A DNA stretch of 64,000 bases from the NCBI GenBank assembly GCA_039028615.1, contig JBCCHT010000004.1, forward strand, positions 256,001 through 320,000, given 5' to 3'. The position numbers and the translations under genes are program-made. Position 1 is the stretch's first letter. Every line of letters starts with the position of its first letter. The notes under the pieces are model-generated. The model made no database searches. It was given only the letters and a program-made list of their open reading frames with translations, and was not told where the DNA came from. Below, in pieces: positions 11,616-19,031 of the stretch. The DNA comes from Myxococcota bacterium. GTDB lineage: Bacteria; Myxococcota_A; Polyangia; Nannocystales; Nannocystaceae.

Positions 11616-11852
11616 TTAGTGCGCGGGGTCGAGCTGCAGATCGCCGTCGCTGAGGGACTCGAGCTGAGCCCGCAGCTCCTTGAGTTCCGTCTCCAGGCGG
11701 GTCACGCGCTCGGCGAATTCGCGCACGACCTCGTCCAGGTCCTCTACGCTGCGCTGCTGAAACTGCGCCTGCATCTCGAGCTCTCCGAGCCTCGCGTCGA
11801 CCTCGCTGCCTCCCGGCTGTGCGCCGTGGGAGCCCTCCGCGTCGGGAATCAC
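11616..11852 (-). CDS. slyX: SlyX family protein
   Basis: RLGELEMQAQFQQRSVEDLDEVV coiled coil ending ...DPAH; GTG 11852 lies 6 nt after TACACT. Confidence 0.75.
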   Translation of the reverse strand: MIPDAEGSHGAQPGGSEVDARLGELEMQAQFQQRSVEDLDEVVREFAERVTRLETELKELRAQLESLSDGDLQLDPAH

Positions 11853-11953
11853 GGTCGGAGTGTAGCCGCTTTTGGGCCCCGTCGGCCAAATCCGGCCATG
11901 CGGGGTCGCGAGAAATTTGGGCCACACCCGGTTTCGTCGTTCTACTGGGCCTG

Positions 11954-12598
11954 ATGCGCCCCGTGGCCCACTGCCGACCGTTTCTCACGCTCTGCCAAAT
12001 CTTCGTCTTGGCGGCGTTTGGCGGGGGTTGCGACTTCTTTCAGGAGCTGGAGTCAGAGCCGGGCGCGGGCGAATCCGGGGCCGAAGAGAGCACGGGCGCG
12101 GACGAAGGTACGGGAGACACTGACGACGGCCCGTGCACCCTGGCGGAGGACGATCGCTGCCTGGACCAGGACACGGTGCAAAGTTGCAGTGTCGAGGACG
12201 GCACCGTCTCCGAGCTCGACTGCGGAGCGCTGTGCGGGGGCTTCACGAATTTCTCCTGCGTCGCGACGGGCACGGGGCAGCACGCCTGCTGGTGCGTCGA
12301 GCCGGGGCCGACCAAGGTCTACACCTGCCGCGAGCTCGAGGACTGCATGGAGGGCTGCCCTCCCGCGGCCGACTTCTCGTGCCCCGACCAATGCTTCGCG
12401 CGCACCGACGCGATGACGATCCGAATCTTCGGAGCCCTGCTGCACTGCGCCGAGGCGACCTGCGAGCAGCAGTGCATCGATGCCCCGCAGACCTGCAACG
12501 CATGCATCGAAGCCGCGCGCATCGAGGGCAGCGGCGGCTGTAGCTTGCCGCGAGCGATCTGCGACGACGATCGCAACCCCGAAGATCCCTGGCCCTGA
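11954..12598 (+). CDS. Cys-rich myxobacterial lipoprotein, unknown function
   Basis: Signal/lipobox FGGGC, acidic linker, many paired cysteines. Confidence 0.75.
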   Translation: MRPVAHCRPFLTLCQIFVLAAFGGGCDFFQELESEPGAGESGAEESTGADEGTGDTDDGPCTLAEDDRCLDQDTVQSCSVEDGTVSELDCGALCGGFTNFSCVATGTGQHACWCVEPGPTKVYTCRELEDCMEGCPPAADFSCPDQCFARTDAMTIRIFGALLHCAEATCEQQCIDAPQTCNACIEAARIEGSGGCSLPRAICDDDRNPEDPWP

Positions 12599-12695
12599 TC
12601 GCGCTCGCCACGGGGTGCCACGCCGCGTGAGCCAGACCGCGTGGGCCAGGCACATTGCGGGTCGAAACTCGGGGGTTTCGTGGTAGCTCGACTCC

Positions 12696-13538
12696 GTGCC
12701 CGCCTTCGTCGACGTGCCCGATCCCGTCGCTGGACCCGACGCCACCGGTCGCATTCGCTACGACCTGCGTCAGCCCAAAGACGCCAGCCCGCACCCTCCC
12801 CTGGTGTTGCTCGGCGGCATGACCCAGACCCTGTCCAGCTGGGGCGGCCAGCTGCGGCCGCTGTCCAAGACCCGCACGGTGCTCGCCTACGAAGCCCGTG
12901 GCCAGGGGTCGACCGAGCTCGACCCCTCCGAGGCCGGGCTCGCCCGCCACGCCGAGGACTTCGCCGCGTTCGTGCAGGCGCTGGGGTTGCCCACGCCGCT
13001 GGATCTCTGCGGGTTTTCGTTCGGCGCGCGCGTGAGCATGTCCGTGGCTGCGACTCACCCCCACCTGATTCGACGGCTGGTGCTGTCGGGGGTGGGCAGC
13101 GGGCGCGGCATCGTCGGGCAGCTCATCGTCGAGGGGTGGATCGCCTCGCTGAAGACGGGTGACCTCGAGACGCTCGCGCGGATCAGCCTCCCGGACATCG
13201 TGGGGCCGCGATATCTGGAGAAGCACGCCCACCTGGTGGAGCCGATGGTGCGCGCGGTGATCGAGCGCAACTCCTTCGAGGGAATCCGGTCCCTGTTCGA
13301 GCAGACCCTGCGCTCCGATCCGGATAGCCCGTGGGCCATGGACGCCCTGGCTGCGCGCGTGCAGTGCCCGGCGTTGGTCATGGGCGGCGCCCTCGACCGG
13401 CTGGCGCCCCCCGAGGAAGTGCAGGGCCTCGCCGCCCGCATGGGTGCACAGACGCGGCGCTTCGAGGATGCCGGCCACACCATCCCCATCGAGGCGGCCG
13501 AGCCGTGGCGTGAAGCGGTGGTCGAGTTTCTCGGCTGA
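12696..13538 (+). CDS. Alpha/beta fold hydrolase
   Basis: YEARGQG, nucleophile elbow GFSFG, catalytic D (GALD) and H (AGH). Confidence 0.88.
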   Translation: MPAFVDVPDPVAGPDATGRIRYDLRQPKDASPHPPLVLLGGMTQTLSSWGGQLRPLSKTRTVLAYEARGQGSTELDPSEAGLARHAEDFAAFVQALGLPTPLDLCGFSFGARVSMSVAATHPHLIRRLVLSGVGSGRGIVGQLIVEGWIASLKTGDLETLARISLPDIVGPRYLEKHAHLVEPMVRAVIERNSFEGIRSLFEQTLRSDPDSPWAMDALAARVQCPALVMGGALDRLAPPEEVQGLAARMGAQTRRFEDAGHTIPIEAAEPWREAVVEFLG

Positions 13539-13541
13539 CGC

Positions 13542-13760
13542 TCAGGCGTCGGCCACCTCGGGCTCCCACTGCAAGATGTCGCCGGGCTGGCAATCGAGCG
13601 CCCGACAGATGGCGTCGAGGGTGGTGAAGCGCACCGCCTTGGCGCGACCGCTCTTGAGCACCGAGAGGTTCTGAGCGGTCACCCCCACCGCCTCAGCCAG
13701 GTCGTTGAGCCGCATCTTGCGGCGCGCGAGCATCACGTCGAGTCGGATCACGATCGGCAT
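13542..13760 (-). CDS. XRE/Cro (YozG-like, HTH_26) transcriptional regulator
   Basis: MPIVIRLDVMLARRKM...NLSVLKSGRAKAVRFTTLDAICRALDCQPGDIL. Confidence 0.93.
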   Translation of the reverse strand: MPIVIRLDVMLARRKMRLNDLAEAVGVTAQNLSVLKSGRAKAVRFTTLDAICRALDCQPGDILQWEPEVADA

Positions 13761-13776
13761 GGCGAAACTCCCGAGG

Positions 13777-14223
13777 TCAGATGGTGAGCCCGTGCTCTTC
13801 GTCGAGCTTGCGGGCCTCGTCCATGACCCAGGACATGAAGATCAGCACCAGACCCGCGACGAACGAGCCGGGACCGAAGCCGACTCCGGTCGTAAACTCG
13901 GCGGCGGCCTGGTCGTAGTCGACGCTGACCTGCGCTGCGGTGAGCACGATGAGCCAGCCGATGACCCGCAGGTGGCGAACGTTGGCGAGCCCGAACAGCT
14001 CGCCGCTCTCGTAGCGCTCGGCCAGGCGGGCGACCTGGTGAAACACCACCGTCATCACCAGCGCGAGCGCCCCGCTGTACAGCATGATGACCGAGTACGA
14101 GGGCGGCTCCTGCTGGGCTCGAGCGAGCACGAAGCCCATGAGCGCGGCCGAGATCAGCGACACCACCGAAAGGGCGTACGCGAGGAGCTTGACGACTTTG
14201 CTGACTCGTTGGATGCGGCGCAT
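13777..14223 (-). CDS. DUF2975-like membrane protein
   Basis: Four hydrophobic segments, GELF..NV..LR.IG, C-terminal EARKLDEEHGLTI; usual position upstream of a YozG-like HTH gene. Confidence 0.85.
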   Translation of the reverse strand: MRRIQRVSKVVKLLAYALSVVSLISAALMGFVLARAQQEPPSYSVIMLYSGALALVMTVVFHQVARLAERYESGELFGLANVRHLRVIGWLIVLTAAQVSVDYDQAAAEFTTGVGFGPGSFVAGLVLIFMSWVMDEARKLDEEHGLTI

Positions 14224-14279
14224 CGGCGACTTCTCTCGATTCCCAACCTACGGGACGCCTCTCGATTTTCAACCATTTT

Positions 14280-14296
14280 TTACCGAAAAACGATAA
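14280..14296. promoter_or_regulatory. Putative operator of the XRE regulator
   Basis: Near-palindrome TTACCG-AAAAA-CGATAA in an AT-rich island upstream of the DUF2975-HTH operon. Confidence 0.6.
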
Positions 14297-14386
14297 ATAA
14301 ATCTCGATTACCGTGATGCGCGCCGGTTGGCGGGCGGCTTTTTCCCGCTCCGGGTCACGCGGTGCGGCCGGGTGCCTACCGTGGAC

Positions 14387-14497
14387 ATGAAGACCATGAC
14401 CAAGTGGCTCGTCGGCGCCTCCATCCTCCTTCTGCCTGCCGCCGCGTGGGCCGGAGAAGCCCTCGGCGCAGGCTGCATCTGCCCGTTGTGCTGCTGA
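14387..14497 (+). CDS. Small secreted Cys-rich peptide (36 aa), unannotated
   Basis: MKTMTKWLVGASILLLPAAAWA-GEALGAGCICPLCC*; signal peptide with AWA site; below the ORF-track size cutoff; GC-rich third positions. Confidence 0.7.
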   Translation: MKTMTKWLVGASILLLPAAAWAGEALGAGCICPLCC

Positions 14498-14537
14498 GAC
14501 GAAGACTCTTCGAACTCGTGACGTTGTCTCCCCGGGT

Positions 14538-15077
14538 ATGCACGCATCGACGCGTCGGCGACTTCAGCAGGGCCTCACCGCGCTGGCAGCGGGTGACCGG
14601 CAGGCCTTCGACGGCGTGTACGCCTCGAGCTGGCCGGTCATGCACTCGCTCGCGGTGCGGCTGCTCGGCGACTCCGCCGAGGCCGAAGACGCGGCCCAGC
14701 GTGCCCTCCTCAAGCTCTTTTCCAATGCCTCTCGCTTCGATCCGGAGCGGGAGGCATTGCCGTGGATCCTCACCTTCGTGATCAACGAATGCCGAACGGT
14801 GCGCGCGCGGTGGCGACGTCGACCCCTGCAATCGCTGACGGTCGAGCCGTCCTCGGACGCAGGGTCGCAGGCGCTACCCGAGGACATCCTGGTCCGGGCC
14901 GATCTGGCCGAGGCGCTGCAGTCCGTGGTCGGCACGCTCACACAGGACGATCGAGTCGCGCTGGGACTGGAAGACGGGGCCGACGACACGGTCGCCCCGG
15001 CCACCCGACGAAAGCGAAAACAGCGGGCGCTCGTTCGCCTGCGCAGCGCGTGGAGGAGGATCCATGGACTCGCATGA
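14538..15077 (+). CDS. ECF-type RNA polymerase sigma factor
   Basis: GDRQAFDGVY, LLGDSAEAEDAAQ, FDP...PWILTFVINEC (region 2); ATRRKRKQRALVRLR (region 4). Confidence 0.88.
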   Translation: MHASTRRRLQQGLTALAAGDRQAFDGVYASSWPVMHSLAVRLLGDSAEAEDAAQRALLKLFSNASRFDPEREALPWILTFVINECRTVRARWRRRPLQSLTVEPSSDAGSQALPEDILVRADLAEALQSVVGTLTQDDRVALGLEDGADDTVAPATRRKRKQRALVRLRSAWRRIHGLA

Positions 15078-15591
15078 GCTCGCCGCCCGGGCCCGCCGGG
15101 CCTACGAACTCGGACGACTGCGTCGGGCCGCATGGGCGTGGTGGCCCGTGTCGCCCGTCGTGGTCGTCGCCCTGCTCATGGGCCACACCGCCACCGCCGT
15201 CGCCCTGGCCGTGCCGCTGGTGCTGATGTGCGTGTGGTGCTCGTATCGCGGCCAGGGCCTCGAGCGAGCGATCACCCCCGGGGCAGTGGCCGGGCTGCTG
15301 CCCGCCATGGTCGCCATGGGCACGATGCAGCACTTCGGCTGTGCCTCGAACTCGTGCGCCGAGTTGTGTGCCCCCTTGTGTGCCGCGACCGGGCTGGTGG
15401 TAGGTGCGTGGCTGGGCACCAAGACGGCGGCACGCGAGACGCCACGGGTCACCGCGGCCTCGCTGGCGATCGCGGCCGTGTCCGCTTCGCTCGGCTGTGC
15501 ACCGATCGGCCTGGGCACCCTGGTCGGTGCCATCGTGGGCATGGCCGTCGGCGTGGTGCCCCTGTGGGTCGTGCGGCACGCGGCCGACTAG
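15064..15591 (+). CDS. Putative membrane anti-sigma factor with Cys motifs
   Basis: Overlaps the sigma factor stop; several TM segments; CxxC, C-x4-C-x3-C-x3-C (GCASNSCAELCAPLC) and LGC. Confidence 0.72.
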   Translation: MDSHELAARARRAYELGRLRRAAWAWWPVSPVVVVALLMGHTATAVALAVPLVLMCVWCSYRGQGLERAITPGAVAGLLPAMVAMGTMQHFGCASNSCAELCAPLCAATGLVVGAWLGTKTAARETPRVTAASLAIAAVSASLGCAPIGLGTLVGAIVGMAVGVVPLWVVRHAAD

Positions 15592-15595
15592 AAGT

Positions 15596-16759
15596 TCATG
15601 GCGACTCGGGCAGGTCTGCGCCGTCTCTAATCACGTGCCGGGGCACGGCGTCGAGCCCTTCGAAGGCGGCGTCGAGGCGTGCCTGAAGCCCGGGCGTGCC
15701 GCCGGGTCTCGGGTCTCGCAGGTAGACGCTGCGAACTCGTCCCGGAAACTGCCGCGCGATCGCGGCGTAGATCTCGGGGTCGTGCTCGCCCGTGTCGCCG
15801 ATGAGCACGAACTGGCGTGTGGAGAACGAGCGGATGATGGTGGCGATGGTGGTCTTTTTGTAGGCCTCGGACGGCGCGAGCAGGTCGATCATCTCGCCCG
15901 CGCGCCAGCGGAAAGGCCGGAGCGCGAAGCTTCCGCGCGGGAAGCCCTCGTCGCGGGCGAACTCGGCCATTGCGTCGAGCAAGGGCAGCGGAGACGCGGA
16001 GACGTAGTGGAACGCGACGTCCTGCTCGGCCCAGCGCTCGTAGACCGCGGCCATCTTCGGCACCGCCACCGGGTCGCGCAGGAACGTGTTCTCGAACATC
16101 GCCTTGCGGTCGTGCACCTCGGTGACCTTGATCGTGTCGTCGACGTCGGAGATGACCGAGACGCCCTCGTCCGCCAATAGCTGCGCCCAGGCCGAGAAGC
16201 GTCGCGTGTCGCCTTCGCGCACCACGACCTCGAGCTCGACCCACGAGCGCTCGCCGTGCGGCACGGGGGTGTCGACGGGCAGCTCGAACGCACCGCGGGC
16301 CCGGCCGCTGGGGGTCGTGGGCCCGACCCGCGCGGCATGAGGACCCCGACGCAACGCCAGATACTCGCCGCGCTCGTTGTCGACGACGAAGGGCTGCAGC
16401 CGCGCCCGGACCTTCGCATCGGCCGACCACCCGTCGGGGACCGAGATGGCGTCCCCAAAAAGCTCCAGCACCACGCGACGGGAGAGGCTGTCGTACTCGG
16501 GCTCGAACACCCAGGCCTCGATGGGGATGTCCCAGGTGCTCCCTCGGAGAACGCCGAAGGTGGGCAAGAAGCGGACGACTTCGTCGCTGGCCAGGGTGCT
16601 GGGGTCGACCTGGGCAAGCTCGTATTCGGGCATCGGAGGCGGGGATGCGGGCGCAGGGGATTCCGGCTCACCGTTGGCACAGCCCAGACCCACTACGGAC
16701 ACGGCGAGCACCCAGGACGGCAGGCGTAGCGACGAGGTCACGGCCTTCGAGCGTGGCAT
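15596..16759 (-). CDS. App1-like phosphatidate phosphatase (DUF2183) lipoprotein
   Basis: VISDVDDTIK, FHYVSASP, GFPRG, FVLIGDTGEHDPEIY; lipobox LGC; start uncertain. Confidence 0.87.
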   Translation of the reverse strand: MPRSKAVTSSLRLPSWVLAVSVVGLGCANGEPESPAPASPPPMPEYELAQVDPSTLASDEVVRFLPTFGVLRGSTWDIPIEAWVFEPEYDSLSRRVVLELFGDAISVPDGWSADAKVRARLQPFVVDNERGEYLALRRGPHAARVGPTTPSGRARGAFELPVDTPVPHGERSWVELEVVVREGDTRRFSAWAQLLADEGVSVISDVDDTIKVTEVHDRKAMFENTFLRDPVAVPKMAAVYERWAEQDVAFHYVSASPLPLLDAMAEFARDEGFPRGSFALRPFRWRAGEMIDLLAPSEAYKKTTIATIIRSFSTRQFVLIGDTGEHDPEIYAAIARQFPGRVRSVYLRDPRPGGTPGLQARLDAAFEGLDAVPRHVIRDGADLPESP

Positions 16760-16883
16760 CGTCGTCACGACGATCACAAGCACGTCGAACATCGATTCAC
16801 GCGAGCCCAGCAGGCCCCGATGCGGCCGCGCCTACGCTTGCCGGCCATGGGGCCCTATGCCACGATGCGAGCGCGGAACCGAG

Positions 16884-19016
16884 ATGCTCGACGCTGGTAG
16901 TGCTCCCCGAAGAATCGGTGGTCTGACGATCTTCGAGGACCACGCCGATCCACTGCTGTTCTACGTGCTGCCCGAGATTCCGCGGGTCGTCGCCAACCCC
17001 AGCCCTGCGCTGTCCCTGTTGCTGTTTCGCGGCGACCAGGCGGGCGCGATGCTGCACTTCGAATCGCAGCTCGCCCCCACGCAAGAGCAGCTCGACCTCG
17101 TCCGAGACGAGCTCACCGAGCAAGGGCAGGCGCCACGATTGCATCGGCCGGATTGGCGCGACGGCACGGTTCGGGTCGCCGGGTGGCTCGATGCGGACGA
17201 ACTCGGTCCCGTCAGCCTGAACGTGGGCACGCCGTCGCTCATCGGCGATCCGTCGTCCATCGTGGCCGCCCGGCTCGATCAGCACGGAGCCGCGCTGGCC
17301 GAGCAAGCGCTTCGGGGCGGCGATGCTCTGCCCACGGTGCTCCTCTTTCAGCTCGAGTTCCTCGGCTTGGGCGGGCCTCTGGGCATCGAGGCCGAGGCCG
17401 ACGTCCAGTCCATCTTCGACCACTTCTCCGTCGAGGGCGCGGCCAAGGCCCCCTTCGGCAAGGCCCGCCTCGCCAAGAGCTGGGAAGAGCTGGTCAACAA
17501 CGGCCTCATCCGTCTCGAGGTCATCGACGAGAGCGGCGAGCTCGAGGGTCGACGCGCCGAGGCCCTCAGTCGGGTGGGTCAGGAGCTGGTGAGCAACATG
17601 TTCACCCCCATGCCGCCCGTGCAGATGCCCCGGGTGCGTGAAGACGGCACGGCGCCTCCCTACGAGCTGAGCTTTCGCCTCGTCGACCGCCGCGAAGAGC
17701 TGACCACCACTGCCCGCTGGAGCTTTCGCGAGCGCGCCGCGCGTCGCATCACGCATCACGCCGCGGCGAGCCTCATCGGCATCCTCGGCGACAGCCCCGT
17801 CGACGATCACATCTCCTATGTCGATCTGGGCACGCCGAGCCGCGAGATCGTGGTGAGGGCCGAGCCCGAGCTGGCCGAGCTGGCGATCGCCACCCTCGAT
17901 GTCGAGCTGCGCCTCGAAGAGCCGGAGGCCCCGCCGAGCGAGGAACCAACCGATGAGCCCGAGGCCACGCCGGAGCCCGAGCCGGCCGAGGAAGAGGCCG
18001 AGTTCGCGGTCATGCTCGACCCCGAGACGCTCGAAGCCACCCTGGCCCTGCAGCGCGATCCGGGACAGCCGCTGTGGTACCGCGTGCGGGCGCGCTTCGA
18101 CCCCGAGCGCACCCGCGCCGACGATCGCCAGACCGAGTGGACCCTCGCCCACGGCGGCCTCGTCGTCGTGTCACCGCGCCGCCTGTTCCCGCAGCGCGAA
18201 CTCACCGTGGTGGCCGGTCATCTCGAGCTCGACTGGCTCGATCACATCGAGGTCGTCGTCCAGCCGCCCGACCCCGAAGAGCCGCCGCGCTCGGTGATGT
18301 TGTCGGGCGAGCAACGCACGGGTCGGGCCTCGTTCCCGGCCGCGGGCGAGCAGCCCCTGACCCTCACCACGCACTATCGCGGCCGCGAAGGCGAGCCCTC
18401 GCGCTCCGACGAGCCCTTCACCGTGCCCGCGAGCGAAGAACTGGCCGTCATCGATGGGCCCTTCGGCCCCTCACTCCGAGTGCTGGTGGCTCGGCTGCCG
18501 CGCCCGGGCCTGTTGTCGGCCGTCACCGAGTTCGAGCTGTCGCACGAAGACTGGACGCAGACGGCCTCGGTGAGCTTCGACGATCCCAGCCCCACCACGG
18601 CCACGCAGACCGTCGTCCTCCGTCGGCTACGCGACACCCCCGACGAGTATCGCCACCGCACCACGCTCATCTTCGACGATGGCCGCACCGAGGTCGGCAC
18701 GTGGGCGAGCAGCGACAAACCGAGCCTGGTCATCGGTGCCGACGGGCCCTCCGCCGTCCATCGCACCCAGGTCCTCGTGCTCGGCGGTGGTCCCAACGCC
18801 CGCGGCAGCTTCCTCATCGAGCTGGTGCTGAGCGCAGGCAATGTCACCACCAGCGCCCTGATCGAAGGCGACGCCACCCAGGCCGAGCTCGTGCTGGTCG
18901 CCCCCGAGGGCTCCGCCGCAGTGCTCACGGTCCGCGAGATCACGAACACCGGCCACACCCACGAGCAACAGTTCTCCCCCCCGCCCGCGATGACCGTTCT
19001 TCCCCCGAAACCGTAG
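16884..19016 (+). CDS. Large hypothetical protein, paralog A of the 19032 gene
   Basis: ATG 16884 chosen by alignment with the paralog (IGGLTIFEDHADPLLFYVLP vs IGGLEIFRDFSNPNTFYFLP); strong GC3 bias; no signal peptide. Confidence 0.85.
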   Translation: MLDAGSAPRRIGGLTIFEDHADPLLFYVLPEIPRVVANPSPALSLLLFRGDQAGAMLHFESQLAPTQEQLDLVRDELTEQGQAPRLHRPDWRDGTVRVAGWLDADELGPVSLNVGTPSLIGDPSSIVAARLDQHGAALAEQALRGGDALPTVLLFQLEFLGLGGPLGIEAEADVQSIFDHFSVEGAAKAPFGKARLAKSWEELVNNGLIRLEVIDESGELEGRRAEALSRVGQELVSNMFTPMPPVQMPRVREDGTAPPYELSFRLVDRREELTTTARWSFRERAARRITHHAAASLIGILGDSPVDDHISYVDLGTPSREIVVRAEPELAELAIATLDVELRLEEPEAPPSEEPTDEPEATPEPEPAEEEAEFAVMLDPETLEATLALQRDPGQPLWYRVRARFDPERTRADDRQTEWTLAHGGLVVVSPRRLFPQRELTVVAGHLELDWLDHIEVVVQPPDPEEPPRSVMLSGEQRTGRASFPAAGEQPLTLTTHYRGREGEPSRSDEPFTVPASEELAVIDGPFGPSLRVLVARLPRPGLLSAVTEFELSHEDWTQTASVSFDDPSPTTATQTVVLRRLRDTPDEYRHRTTLIFDDGRTEVGTWASSDKPSLVIGADGPSAVHRTQVLVLGGGPNARGSFLIELVLSAGNVTTSALIEGDATQAELVLVAPEGSAAVLTVREITNTGHTHEQQFSPPPAMTVLPPKP

Positions 19017-19031
19017 CGAGTCCACCACGCC

